Of a stretch of DNA of 64,000 bases, positions 13,748 through 27,144 are shown in pieces (the first letter of the stretch is position 1; every line of letters begins with the position of its first letter). The stretch lies in contig OX597842.1 in NCBI GenBank assembly GCA_951406725.2, positions 27,900,001-27,964,000 on the forward strand, written 5' to 3'. The position numbers were made by a program, and so were the translations under genes. Origin of the DNA: Octopus vulgaris (taxonomy: Eukaryota). The notes under the pieces are model-generated. The model did no database searches and was not told the origin of the DNA. It saw only the letters and a list, made by a program, of their open reading frames with translations.

Positions 13748-14670
13748 CGGATCTTTACCTTTCGACCGGCAGATTTAGAAAATGATTTTTTGGAACTAAA
13801 CACTTTCAAACTTCGTATTCTGGTAGAATGTGTCGTATAAAACATCTTTTACTCTTAGCGTTTTTGAGAAAAGTTTATATTTACAAAGTTATTTCGTGTT
13901 AAATTTGTCGTATTTCAGTAATTTCAACCAATCAATGATGTGTATTCAGCTGAATAAAATTACTGCTAACCCATGCTAGCATGCAAAGCGGACGTTAAAG
14001 GACGATGATGATGATGTTTGTCAACAACAACTGGTGGTATATATTTCGTTTGTTGTTGTTATTTATGACATCGTTCGTGCGTTTGTACTGGTTTTAGCCT
14101 TAAGGTGTTAGGGTTAGGGTTTTAGGGTTAGAGTTAAGGTTTTAGTGTTAGGGCTAGGGTTTTAGTGTCAGGGCTAAGGTTTTAGGGTTAGGGTTAGAGT
14201 TAAGGTTTTAGTGTTAGGGCTAGGGTTTTAGTGTCAGGGCTAAGGTTTTAGGGTAAGGGTTAAAAAAGTTTTACCGAAAATAGTAGCTGAAAAACAGGAA
14301 AAAACATAACTAAAACCAGTAGAAATGCACGAACGATTCTGGTGGTGCCATGAAGTAAAGATGTTTCAGATAGACTCGTTTTTCATACAAACATAACTGA
14401 GATGAAATATGTCATAAATAACAGTGACAAACGAAATATACACCGCCAGAAGTTGTTGACAAACAACGGCAGTAATTTTATTCAGATGAATACACACCAT
14501 TGATTGGTTGAAATTACCGAAATACGACAAATTTAACACGAAATATAAACTTTTCTCAAAAACGCTAAGAGTAAAAGATGTTTTATACGACACATTCTAC
14601 CAGAATACGAAGTTTGAAAGTGTTTAGTTACAAGAAATTATTTTCTAAATCTGCCGGTCGAAAGATTCCC
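13748..14670. mobile_element. Foldback element with long inverted arms and a central TTAGGG-like tract
   Basis: 13748-14072 is the reverse complement of about 14405-14670 (both arms give ORFs starting MFYTTHSTRIRSLKVFS); degenerate (TTAGGG)n at about 14097-14262. Confidence 0.85.
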
Positions 14671-14845
14671 AAATCCTACTCCATTCATAATTATCACCTT
14701 AAAGAAGGACACATTAAACAATGTGGTTCAACGTTCTCTATACTTATGAAAAAGACAGGATGGTCCTGGATGGAAGGCATTTGATAATAGGTCTGTGGTG
14801 AAGACAGACTTGCGACTAAGCAACAACAACAATTTACAAAGAAAT

Positions 14846-15051
14846 TCAATTGAATTCTGATGATAAACATTCGAGTGCATCGTGACATCCAGTTCTTTCA
14901 AGAGCTTCTTTTAATATTTGAAGTGTACGTTTCTCTGGATCATTACCTTGCTGCCATCTGAGCAGCATCTGGAAGCCTTGTTCCTCAACGTTAAGAGGAT
15001 TGTTCTCCTTGATGTTGTCCAGCTCATATTGTCGAATTCCTAATTCCCGTC
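14846..15051 (-). CDS. Death domain terminal exon (RELGIRQYELDNIKENNP..EQGFQMLLRW..TLQILKEALERTG..stop)
   Basis: Acceptor cttttgcag|; death-domain signature LG....LD.I...NP....EQ...ML..W....T...L..AL; TGA stop. Confidence 0.93.
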
Positions 15052-15419
15052 CTGCAAAAGAAATAAGAAATAATTGCAACAGCATTAACGATAATATAAA
15101 ACCTGTGTACTGTAGGCTGTATTAATTAGGACAAAGAAATTATGTGAATAGAAGAATGAGAAATACTTAAGAAACAGGGAAATTAGAAGACATTGTTATC
15201 TATTTCTAAAGATGTTGACAAAAATATCAAACAATTTGAAATAAAGGCTGGAGAAGGAGAAGAATATTTTAAAGAATTGAAAATTACACATGAGAAAATG
15301 TCTGGTGAACAACTGGCGGGAGAAGTGTTTGTGTGGGTAGCAGTGTATGAGAGCCTAAAGAATTGACAAAGACCACCAACAGATAATTTCATCCATCCGT
15401 CCATTTTCTCTGCCCTCTA

Positions 15420-15790
15420 TTCATAAGAGGTTTGTAGGGGAAGAGTCTTCAGGCACCTCCTTCATATGATCCTATCAGAGGCAACCTTCATTAGAATTTC
15501 TGAAAGGATTTCCAAGCATGGCCAATTGAAACTATGGATATCATCCAACCATTTCATTCTTGCTCTACCCCTAGGTCTCCTGTCGGTTGGCTCAGCTTGA
15601 AGAATCCCTCTTGTAGTTCTTTCCTGTGATATTTTAATCACATGCCAGGATTACTGGAGCTGTGAATTCTCAATGCAGAGAAGCAGTCGCTTGACCTGGA
15701 GAGACCCCAAATCTCCAGCCTGCACACCTTGTTGAGTAACGTTACTCCAGAGACTCTTTGGAGGAATACAATCTCAGTCATTTGATAACA
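15420..15790 (-). mobile_element. Old RTE-like LINE fragment
   Basis: ILQAEPTDRRPRGRARMKWLD-like C-terminal motif. Confidence 0.55.
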
Positions 15791-16129
15791 TCCTGTGATC
15801 AATGCCTGAAATAGTCATTTGCGATGTCTTTCCACCTATGATTAATAAATATTTAAAAATTATCAACATTCAGAAATATCTCAAAAGTGGGGATTGTGTA
15901 CCTGAATGATTTCAACCACTCCAAAGTAAAAATATAATACTGTTAGGTAAATATCACATATTATAGAGGGCACTGGCTTAAGGCTTTTGGATTCATGACT
16001 TATAACAAGAACTTCTTTCATTGGATCAAGGCCACAATTTCAAAGAATCTAATACAGGAGAGGTCCTAGAGTAAACAAAGCAATGAGAAGAGTTTTACCA
16101 ACATCTACACCATACACCTACAACACTCA

Positions 16130-17772
16130 GGTCCTGATAGAATCACTGCATTCACAAACAAGCAAGTTTACAGGGAGGGCAGGTTAAGGTTAGGGCTGAG
16201 GAAGGACTTTGTATGTGGCAAATATACAGGAATAGTTCATAGGAACAAGTATGAAAGACATAGTTGATAGTTTCTGTTACCTAAAGGACAGAATTAGAAG
16301 TAGAGGAAAGTATTCTGAAAGCACAGTAGTTAGAAGGAAAACGAGATGAAAAATGTACAGGGAGTTGTTATGTCTACTGGCAACTAAGGGATTTTGTCTC
16401 CATATGAGGGAGAGATTGCACTTTGCAAATACATCTCATGCAATGTTACATAGAATGTGAAAGATGCAATGGAAACTGCGAGGAAATGAGGTGAGCAGAC
16501 ATCACTAGAAGTGTAATGTTAATGTGTTGAAAACCTGGAGCCAAATAACTGGATCTCAGAAGAATCTGTGATAGTGTACAAGAAAAAAGATAATGGTATA
16601 GATATAGAAGGGACATGGCAGATGAAATCTGGGTAAAGAAGTGCCTGGAATTCAAGTGGAAAGAAACAAGCGATCAAACTGAACAAAGGACCACAACAAC
16701 TCTGGGAGAAGTCGTCTGACCATTACAAACTTAGAAAAATGGATGTAAGGTGATGATGATAATGGACCTGGTGTTAGTGGATTCATTTTATCCTAGTATA
16801 TGACTGGTATATTTTGTATGACACCCAGAGGTATAGCAAGCTGGCAATGTCGTAGATGATGTCCTTTCTTAAATTAGATAATTCATTTCTGAGTGTGAAC
16901 TGCCATGCTACACGCCAGGGAAACATAGGCCATGACAGCTGAGGACATGCGTAGGCTTGACAGAAATGAAGGTAGTATGATCCGCTGGATGTGGAATGTC
17001 TGTGTGCATACACGACACAGTGTAAACACCCTGAGAGGAAAGTTGGACATGAGAAGCATCAAATGTGGTGTGCAAGAGAGACGACTACGCTGATATGGTC
17101 ACGTGTTACGTATGGATGAGGACAACTGTGTGAGGAAGTGCCACTCCCTAACTGTAGAACAAAGCTGTGGAAGAGGTAGACCCAGGAAGACATGGAATGA
17201 GATGGTGAAGCATGGCCTTTGAACATTGGGCCTCACAGAGGCAATGGCAGGAGACCGAGACCTTTGGAAATATGCTGTGATTGAGAAGACCCAGCAACTA
17301 AAGTGAGATCGCAGCCATGGCCGATGCCAGTGTTGCATGTCCGGCCCATTTAAGAGTATCCTTAATGCATCGGGTGACATGATATGCTTGAGAAGACCTG
17401 TTGAGTCAAGTAAAACCAAAATTGCAGCTGTGGCCAGTGCCCCATGACTAGCCCCCGTTCTGGTGGCACATAAAAGGCATCATCCGAATGTAGTCGATGC
17501 CAGTGTCATCTGACTGACTCCTTGTGTTGGTGGCACGTAAAAAGGCGATCCGAACATGACTGATGCTAGGTCCACCTGACTGGCTCCTGTACTGGTGACA
17601 CATAAAAAGCAGCCACTACACTCTCGGAGTGGCTGGCATTAGGAAGGGCATCCAGCTGTAGAAACTCTGCCAGATCAGATTGGAGCCTGGTGCAGCCACT
17701 GGCTCTCCAGACCTCAGTCAAACAGTCCAACCCATGCCAGCATGGAAAACAGACGTCAAATGATGATGATGA
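16130..17772 (+). mobile_element. Two decayed RTE LINE fragments; the second carries the 3' UTR and tail
   Basis: Similar to the reverse complement of 8619-9700; ends ...catggaaaacagacgtcaaatgatgatgat. Confidence 0.8.
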
Positions 17773-18762
17773 TGGTTTCTATCAGCTGACTCAGGGGATA
17801 TTGTCATGATCCCTTGAGTCAGGGATCAAAGGTTCAAATCTAATCCCCAGCACCGCTCAATGTACCTGGTAAAGACATTTCTCTATGCTTCACTCTATCT
17901 AGATGTATATAGGTACCATAGGGAGGTGGAAGACATTGCTGTAAATAATAGGAGCATTGTATAAATGATATTTTAGGTTGTGTTAAACTGTCAGAGAATG
18001 GAAAATGGGATATTGTGATGTTCATGCCTTTCCACGTGACATTTGTAATGTAAAGGAGAGTGAAATGATTTCAATTGAGAAACAAGATCAAGTTGAGTTT
18101 GAATTTTCTGTTGAGATTCTTTTTTTCTAATATAAATGAGTGTTTCATTAACTTACAATGCTGAGTTCAATCCAGCCATGAACACAATCAACAATGGGGC
18201 CTGTCTTCTATAGAGACAGGAAATATATGTTGACCTGGGACTAAAGAATTACAATAAATATAGAAAAACAGACTGGCCAGGGGAGAGATGACAACATGTC
18301 CCACACAATGCACACTCTCATTTTAAAAAGGTTACATTTGATAATGTGGTCCTCTTCACCCAAGAGAAAGAGCGATGGCACATCTGGAACCCTTTCCCCT
18401 TAATTCTGCCAGATTAAGGCAGATATCTGCCGAAATAAACATCAACAACAACACTCTACTAGTAAACTTACTAAAAGTGTAAACAAGCAAAAACATTGTC
18501 ATTAATTCACCTGTTTACTCTTAAACAACAATATTTTTGAGTCCCCTTTTACAAACGATAGTATTAACTCTACTGGACCTTCTAATTTATACATTTTACA
18601 ACCGTGCTGACGTCTGTAGATATTTTATGAAATTTCAGTGATAGCTTTACTTTATAGCTAAACTTTCAATTGGAAATTAGGAATGGAACCGGTTCTCAGT
18701 CATTCAAACAAACAAGTTTAGCTGAAAGCAAAATTTATAGAAATTGGGTATTTTATACTCAC

Positions 18763-18834
18763 CAAGTGGCTGCCATTTACCTGCCAACCTTTGGGACACC
18801 CTATTAAGAAGCTTCTCCGCTCGCGCTACAGAAT
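18763..18834 (-). CDS. Death domain N-terminal exon (SVARAEKLLNRVSQRLAGKWQPL)
   Basis: Acceptor tatttcag|, donor g|gtgagt; phase 1-1; splices to give ..V..RL..KW..LGRELG, the typical start of a death domain. Confidence 0.9.
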
Positions 18835-20335
18835 CTGAAATAAATATTCCCAAATTTTACACTTCATAGCACAATTTCCCGATCTCTGTTAATGGTTTAT
18901 ATTTTATTATTGTAAGACATTCCTATCATCAATGGACAACTTCTGACCACTATAGGTTTGGTTGACACTTTTATACTTCCTACAGTGGTCCTATATAATG
19001 GCTCAATATTTAGGTCCATAACAAAACAGACTGACCTTCCTAAGCTTTCTATTAAGACATCCTACTTAATCTAACAATGTTGCAATCATCTTATTTAATG
19101 ATCACATGTTAACACCTTTTATCTTTCTTCTCTCTTGTATCCATGCTAAACCTATGACATGGCATTGTCCCCTCACCACTAGACTTCACTTAATCAACAT
19201 TCTCCCCATCTTTTGCTTAATTCTGATGTCAACCAAGCTGGTCATCAACGACCTTGACACAAACTCATGTCACACCTGTTATCTTTGTCAAACGTTGCTG
19301 CTTTTAATCTTTAATTTTAAACTATGCAACTCACAGTTCACCAGAATTTCATCTGATTCAGGAAATATTTAAGGACTCCTTAATGAAATGCTTTTCTTTC
19401 CTGATGAGCAATGATTAGTTCTACACAGGTGAAACAGAAAGTGATAGCAAGTATCCTAAAACACTGTATACTTGCACAAAACATCTTTAACAACATGCAA
19501 ATGTTCATACACAGATTATCGCAAAGGAAAAACATCTGAAATGGTACAAAAGAAGTGATATTTAAGAATATATTATCAAGATGGTGATATAGATCAAACT
19601 TCAAGCATCAAATCTTGTTTTTGCCCAGAAGTTTTGACTTGGCAAATGCTTATTGCCCATCCTCGGTTTCCGCAATGACATCAATGCCTCTACTCTTATC
19701 GGAGAATGAGATCGTCTACCACAGTCCAAAACGTCTTACAAGTTACTCTTTAACCTTTCGCATCGTTTCTCCTGCTATTTTGAACTTCACTTGCTTCTGT
19801 TGACCTTTCACAAATGTCAGAATGCATTCATTATTTGTTTCAAACAGCATTCTTGAGCAATTAATTAGTCCATCCAATCTATCTTGGACTGATTGCATAT
19901 ACTTTGGATCTCTTGTTAGCATTTTTATGTCATCCAAGAATGTCTTCTTAGGTGATTTCGCCTGAGTAATTTCTTCTCATAAATCTGCCGATCCCCATAA
20001 CAAGCACAAACCAAGTGACTGATAGTGTGCAACCTACAGCTATTCCAGTTTCAATGTTGGACACATGAAAATCTTTCTAGTGCTTGTGCCACATTAAAAT
20101 GTACTCAGGACTCTTTATGAAGTGGTTGGTGTTGGGGAGGGCATCCCACCATAGAAAAGGTGGAATGTTTAAGGGAGATGTGTTTCTCAAGCAGTCACGG
20201 GGGACAGTAACTCTGAATAAGAACTGACTTGGACAGTGATCACCCATCCATTACATGGAAGCAAGGAGAGCAGAGTGTAAATGATGAGGACAATAACATC
20301 GATTGTTTTGTATCTTGCAACCAGTGTCCATCTTA

Positions 20336-20371
<36 letters not shown>

Positions 20372-21150
20372 AATTGTCTCAGCAGAAGACCAAAGCTTCT
20401 TACTTGGACAAAGACATCATTTAATGGATGTAATAATAGATTTACTAACAGTGAAAAAAAAGACAGGGTGATCACACTTGTAAGCTTTCAACTTAACCAT
20501 CTTGTTCAACAAGAACATCAACAACAATAATCAGTAAACTTATTGAAAATGTACAACAAACAAACACTGTCATTAACTCACCTGTTTACCATTAAACAAC
20601 AAAATGTTTTTCTTCCTTCATTCAAAAGACAATATTAACTCTATTGTTTTTTTTTTCTAATTTAACCATTTTAGCAACAGGGCCAACACTGCTGGACATT
20701 TTATTAAATTTCTGTAATATCAATATTTTAAATACAATTCATGTTGTTACACGACTGGAAAGTACAGAGGCTGCTACATGTAGATGCATAGAGAGAGAGA
20801 GCGAGATGAAGGAAGAAACAGGGAAGGAGAGAGAGAGAGACAACAATGAGATGAAAGAAAAGTGAATGTATCTCATTATGGGGAGAGAACAGCTTCAGGG
20901 TGTATATTCTATCTTTTGTATTTTGGCCTCATTGTGAAAGACATTTTTCCTGTGTCTCATGTTTCCATATTTCTATAAAACCCCTTAATTGGATATTCTT
21001 GCATTTGCAGGTAACGAATAGAATTACTTTTATCGCTAACCATTCAAAAGAAATGTAACAATGGAACCTGTTCTCAGTCATTCACACAAATAATATATCT
21101 CAGGTGAAGGTAAAATTTATAGAAATCAATTACAGTTATTTTATACTCAC

Positions 21151-21201
21151 CAACAGATTCTGCAACCGTCTTGACCGCTTTTTCTTCAGTCTTTGGACAT
21201 T
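21151..21201 (-). CDS. Short linker exon (CPKTEEKAVKTVAESV)
   Basis: Acceptor tatttcag|, donor g|gtgagt; 51 nt, phase 1-1, open frame; symmetric, so it may be skippable. Confidence 0.7.
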
Positions 21202-22459
21202 CTGAAATAAGCATTTCAAAGTTTTATACTTCATAGTAAAATTTCTTTGTCTCTTTTAATAATCTATATTCCATTTTTGTAAGGCATTCATATCATCAAT
21301 AGTCAATTGGTGACCACTATGCTTTCGGTCAACACTTTGTAAGCTGTTACTATATAATAGTTCAATATTTAGAACCGCAGCAAAATGGGCAACCTTTCTA
21401 AATCTCATCTTTCTATTAAGACATCCTATATACTAATCTAACAATTCTGAAATTCTCTCACTTAGTTATCACTTCATAACACTCTTTTTCTCTTAGTTTT
21501 GTCTTTCTTTTGTTATGTCTGTGCTGGTCATATGACATGCCATTGTCCTCTCATCTCGAACCTTCACTAACCAATATTCTTCTCAGCTTCTACTAAATTC
21601 CAGTCTCAACCAAACAGGTCTTCAAAGATCTGGCCACAAAGGCATGACACATTGCTTCAGGAAGGATAAACATACCCCAGCTCTCATTTTTATATGTTAC
21701 TGTTGGTAATCTTTAATTTTAACTGCCCACATCACACTTCACCAGAATACCACCTGATTCAGGAAAGATCTGAAGATATTTCAATGTCATTCATCCTCCT
21801 TAATAAGCAGCTTTTTCTTTTTCCAGGTGAGCAATGATTAGTTCTACACAGGTGGAGCAGAAAGTGATAACAGGTATCCTGAAACATTACATTTGTATAA
21901 AACCTCCTTAACTTAAAACTGTTCATCTACACATTATTGCAAAGGAGTTATACCTGAAATGGAACACTAGAATTCATTCTCAAGAATATATAAGACTCGC
22001 TAAGAGTCAGATCCTTAAACTCTCAGTCGAGATTTTGTCATTGAAATTCTTACATTACAAAGCTGACTGTGATGTTGTAGGAAGTACTGTTGTCCTTAAT
22101 TATCAGTTTCCCAAGATACTTATAAATCATTAATCTCATATAAAAGCTGACAACTGAATATAAAAAGTTGATGTTTACTGATGGGACCTTGGAAATATAT
22201 TGATATTTCATTTATATTTCAGTAAAACGTATTAGTCTTATGTTGCAGACAGTACTCTTTTGATGTGGGACAGGTTTCCTACTTGGATAAAGACAATATT
22301 CAGTGGGTGTAGTCATGGATATACTATCAAAGAGAAAAGACACCTGGGACATCTTTTATCATACGTCTGTCAGATTATGACAGATCTGGGTCGATACAAC
22401 ATTATTCCATTCCATAATGTCATGTGACAAACAGACAGATCATCAAATCATATTCTTAC

Positions 22460-22581
22460 CAACTCTCCTTTTGCTTTCTATACATGTTTTATACTTGGGG
22501 AATCTTTCAGGTTGAGTTTTGCTACTATCTTCACAGGGTTGTAACTCCATGCTGGCTTCACTCTCTTCACAAGGCATACAT
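22460..22581 (-). CDS. Degenerate RING-finger exon (CMPCEESEASMELQPCEDSSKTQPERFPKYKTCIESKRRV)
   Basis: Acceptor ttttttccacag|, donor g|gtaaga; 122 nt, phase 2-1, exactly bridging the flanking exons; CxxC-x10-PC pattern of Mind-bomb-type RINGs. Confidence 0.8.
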
Positions 22582-22946
22582 CTGTGGAAAAAACATAAAA
22601 CACATCCCACCTATAACATTCATTTCTAACAAATATTACATGTTTGTTTTATGTTTACAGTACAGAATATTATGAAACACCAGACTGACCAGAGTGAGGT
22701 GCATGGCTAAGTTGTTAGGCATTTGGACTCATAGAGTAAAATTGCGGTTTCAATTCCTGGACAAGGCGATGTGTAAAGTTCTTTAGCAAAACACTTCAGT
22801 CCAGGTTTGCCCTGCATACAAACCTGCCCCTTGTTATAGGTGAGTCCATGTTCATTGATCTACATCTTATCAACTTCAGATGTGTTCCTCCAAAACAATT
22901 TTATTTGCCTCAGTTGATTGGATCAAATCCCAAACGAGTTAGTTAG

Positions 22947-23270
22947 TTAGTTAATTTGGCTCAAAAGCAAATTGCAAGGCCATGTAGAGGGACATGGAGT
23001 TAAGTACAGGGTGGTGTTCAAGTAAAGAGTTCAGGCCACTTGAGGTCAAGGGAGGCTTTGAACAAAGCGGTCATCGGCATCTTCACCATCTCATCTGGCA
23101 GCTTGTTCCACGGATCCGCAACCCGGACGGAGAAAGCTCCTCTCCCTCGATTGAGATGAAATCGTCGCAGGTAGAGCTTTTCGGAATGACCCCGCAGCCG
23201 ACGCTCTGGATTCACCTTCTACTGAGCTATGTGCATACTGTTTAGCTTCTTATAAGGACAGGTGTGATAA
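22947..23270 (-). mobile_element. CR1 LINE 3' end
   Basis: LRGHSEKL..RRFHLN..AFSVRVADPWNKLP; (AACT)n tail. Confidence 0.85.
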
Positions 23271-23419
23271 ATTGAGCTCTTCGTCATTCACCACCTGATA
23301 CACACCTGAAGTTACATATTGTAGGTCCCTTAAATCATGACTCAATACCAGATGAAAAAGGGATGCAAACTGGTCTGAGGATATCCTCGTCCATGAACCA
23401 TGACAGATTTAAATCGAGA

Positions 23420-25790
23420 TACAAATTATTGTTTAAAAATACCCACAGTTTATGCAATAAAGTTCACTATTTTTGATTCCTAAGTTAAAAGTACTGATTC
23501 CAATCTCATTTGTTAAACCTGGACACATTCTTTACTGTGCAATGGTGTTTTTAGCATGGCTGGCTACATTTTCTTTCACAAAGACCTTTTTCATTACCTT
23601 GGAGGTGGTGCGATGGTCTATGCTTGCTCAAGCTTTTCAGAAATTGCTTGTGAAGATTTAAACCAGTCACAAGAGGAAGTTTTCTGCGACATAAAAGCAC
23701 ATCAACATTTACCATCCTCGAAACTTTTTAGAGCTGCATCTATGAAAATGGTCACCTATGTTCTCATACTTGTGATTTCAATTACCCAATATTGATTAGG
23801 AAATCTTTCACTGGCCACAAAATGCAACCGATTTCCTTCATTTAATGTTAGATTCAAACTAATCCCAAGTAGTCCTCTCTCCCTTAAAAGGTAACAACAC
23901 TTTCGATCTGCTATTTACCACTGCTCCTGAAATTATCAGCCTCAATAGTGATGAACCCTTAGGTGACTCTGATCATACTCCAGTCTTGCAAAAATATTTC
24001 TAATGGATAGAAAGAAAAGCCACCATAACCTCCAAACTGCTTCGTTTTCCTGGAACTCCGACTGTACTGAGGTATAGTTCCCTGACTGGCTTCGACTTAA
24101 CAATTCTGGAGATGTCAAGACTAACCTTCAGCACATCCATCCTTAATTCATGAATAAGTGTCGGTGCCATAGAAACGTTTTAGAAACCTGAATATGTGAG
24201 AGACTGCCAGGAAATATCGATGAGATGCTGGACGTGATAAAAGAACAGGGGATAAAAGAAGAAGGTGCAACATGGTACCCTGCCATATTAAAGGAGTGAC
24301 AAATGTACCGTTTTCACTGCTACTGAGATCAAATTCCATAAAACCTGTTGAATTCTGCAATATCGCAATGCTAATTGAAGCATATGTGCAATTATGCTTC
24401 CTCTTGTCTTGGTGGTGTTATTCATCTGCTTCTCAAAGGGTGCACCCTTTTTCTACTGCACCAGCTTTTTGTCCTCTTCTAATTCACACTTAGCCCAGTT
24501 TAATGGAAAGTTGCCATTATCCTCCCCCGTTCAAAAAGGGAGTGACCAGACATCCCCTGTTGATTACCATCCAGTCAGTCTCACAGAATTAATGGATCTA
24601 CAGGAAGACATTTTGGAACATCTGGAACCCTCATAAGCTTATTCAAACTCCAACCATTTCGATTTATCCCTAACTGTTGCTGCATTGAATTTCTTCACAG
24701 ATGGTGGTTCATGGGTGGATATTATCTCTATCAACTTCACCAAAGTCTTTAATTCCATGCCACAGAGATCAATTACGGCACAACTGTCTGGAATGGGTGC
24801 GAGGACTAAATTATATAACTGCTTAAAATACTTACATTCTCAGTTGAAAAGACAGAGTCACAACACTAAGCTAACATTCTGCACCCAACACAGAAGACCT
24901 ACAAGGAACTACAATTGGTTTTCTCTTGCTCCTTCTATGTATCAGCTAAATACATGCCAACTATCTGCTATAGATCCTTTCTTCAATCTGACCTGGATAC
25001 AATGCAGCAATGCACTGCTGATTGCAAACTCAAGCTGGCCATAGAATGGTGCACCACTATACACTTTGGAATGGAAATTCCAAAATTTACCAACTCTCTC
25101 CAGAACAACAAACTTCAAAAGTCTGCAGGTGAACTTGACCGTGACATTAATGTCAACAATGATGTGTAATGCATGAACCACATTTCTAAAAATCATCAGA
25201 AATATCAAAGTATTGCTCAGTAAAACCTCTGCCCGTCAATTTGTCAAGTTATCAGTTTAAAATTATGCCTGGCTATCATACGTCTACACTTACAGTTTAC
25301 ATTTCCAATCTGGAATCCCCATCCTGTCCAGAATATCTATTCAGAGAAGAACAACAAGGCAAATACTCTCTCTTATTTACCATATCTTGAATATATTGCT
25401 TCTCTGGGTATTGACATCTTATTAGATGCTATATACCTTTGCTTCAATCTGATCTCCAAACCAGGCAAATACTCTCTGTTAGTCACCATATACTGAATGT
25501 ATTGTTTCTCTGGGTATCAGCACACTAAAGTTTTGAAGTCTAGCAGCTAATCTGGTATAATCCCTTAGGTTTATACATAATCTTGCCAACAACAACTTTG
25601 GCAACATTTTTGAATTCAAAATCTCAGCCAGCAGCAGACATTCTTATAAAATTAAAATAAAAAACAGTGCAGCACCCATGACTTTACGAAATACTTTATC
25701 TCACTCAGAATTATTTAAGCACACAACAAACCACCTGAGTCAGCTGTTAGCTGTCAGGATACGGCATCCTCCAAAATATTCTTTTCTTAC
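23420..25790 (+). mobile_element. Highly decayed CR1 LINE (APE endonuclease and RT)
   Basis: Remnants NTHSLCNK, QKGSDQTSPVDYHPVSLT and VDIISINFTKVFNSMP; 3' region resembles 12340-12450. Confidence 0.7.
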
Positions 25791-26191
25791 CGAGGATATA
25801 TAGCCAGTACAAGGTGTTGATGTGGCTGCGTGTATGTTATTTACAAGAGTTCATAAAGAGATGAAGAATAAATTCAAGACCTATATATTTACTACGGAAA
25901 AATATATTTTATTTACTGGTCGATGACGATACACAGAATTAATATGTAGCATCTAGTTGAATGAAATAATCTATACAAGAAAGTTCAGAGATAGGAAATA
26001 TAGAAAAAATAGCCAAGTGGTGGCTTTCAGCCATGTGGCGTAGAGAAACAGACGGACATAGCAATGACGTGAATGGCTCTAAGTCTAATCGACTAAGAAG
26101 CAAAGAGCAGGGTTAGCAAGCTTACATACACACATACATGCTTACATACATAACTACGTACGTATATATCCATATATATCCATATATATAG

Positions 26192-26250
<59 letters not shown>

Positions 26251-27144
26251 CATATACCCGAAAACAACCACCCACACATATATGTATATATATATATACA
26301 TACACATACATACTGTTAACTAAAATAGTATTAAGAATCATTAAAATTAAGATAATATTAATTGTTAATACAACGAAAGGGGTTGGAAGGGCAATTCGTA
26401 ATATACAAAAAAGAGGGGCCTAAAAGGGTAGAAAGAGGTAAGGGTTAATAAAAGGCAAAGGTTGGGAAATATTGAGATAAAATTTATAAGAAGGGTATAA
26501 ACTCAAAACCCAGATTTACCATAACCAGTGTAAAGAAGATGTAGGTTATTTGCATAAGATACATAATTAAAAATTACACCACATATTCCGTAAACAATCA
26601 GAAGACTAGGAAACCGTCCAGATATCAACACTTGTAAATTTTATCTGAATATTTTCCAACAGTAATCAGACACAAGAACAGGAGTAAAGAGGGAGGACAA
26701 TTTATTAAATGAACCCCTGGATATTACTGGTACAGATTTTGAGCCCAGGAGTTGAACTTGGAACACAAACGGATCAAAGTAAGGGGATGATTCTGCATTT
26801 AGCCCAGGGCCAGAGGAAAGAGGAAAATTTCAAGAGAAGGTGGGGGGTGAGGTGTTTTACATGGAATGAAAGGAAGAAGGGAGAGGATTTGAACCTGTAA
26901 CGTTGAGGTAACGAAGGATGAGATGAAGTAAAGAATCCAGTCAGGTAACAACAACAACAACAATAATTATGATGATTAATTAATGAAGTTAGATTACAGT
27001 GTCATTAGAGTGTGAGAGAGAGAGAGAGAGAGAGAGAGGTGAAGCATGACGACCCACGGTGGGATTATGACATGAATGACTCGAAACAAGAAAACAAAGA
27101 TTAAAGAAACAGATTTGGATAATCCAAATCCATTGGGGACTTAC

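Larger units (their letters stand above)
18438..21990. repeat. Old tandem segmental duplication (about 18438-19570 vs 20514-21990), each copy containing one exon
   Basis: Collinear shared blocks, e.g. cattaa.tcacctgtttac, ggaacc.gttctcagtcattca, ttttatactcacc, tctgaaataa, ttctattaagacatccta and gagcaatgattagttctacacaggtg. Confidence 0.85.

Noticed and set aside
14097-14262. True telomere or chromosome fusion site
   Set aside because: Short, degenerate, single orientation and enclosed in transposon-like inverted arms.
18465-18525. Possible extra micro-exon from splice-like motifs (also near 20580)
   Set aside because: It would introduce a stop or interrupt the death domain; the flanking exons already join in frame.
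22582-27144. Search for additional ankyrin exons completing the last repeat
   Set aside because: Only LINE/SINE debris was recognised and no convincing phase 2-2 exon was found; a small exon cannot be excluded by eye.
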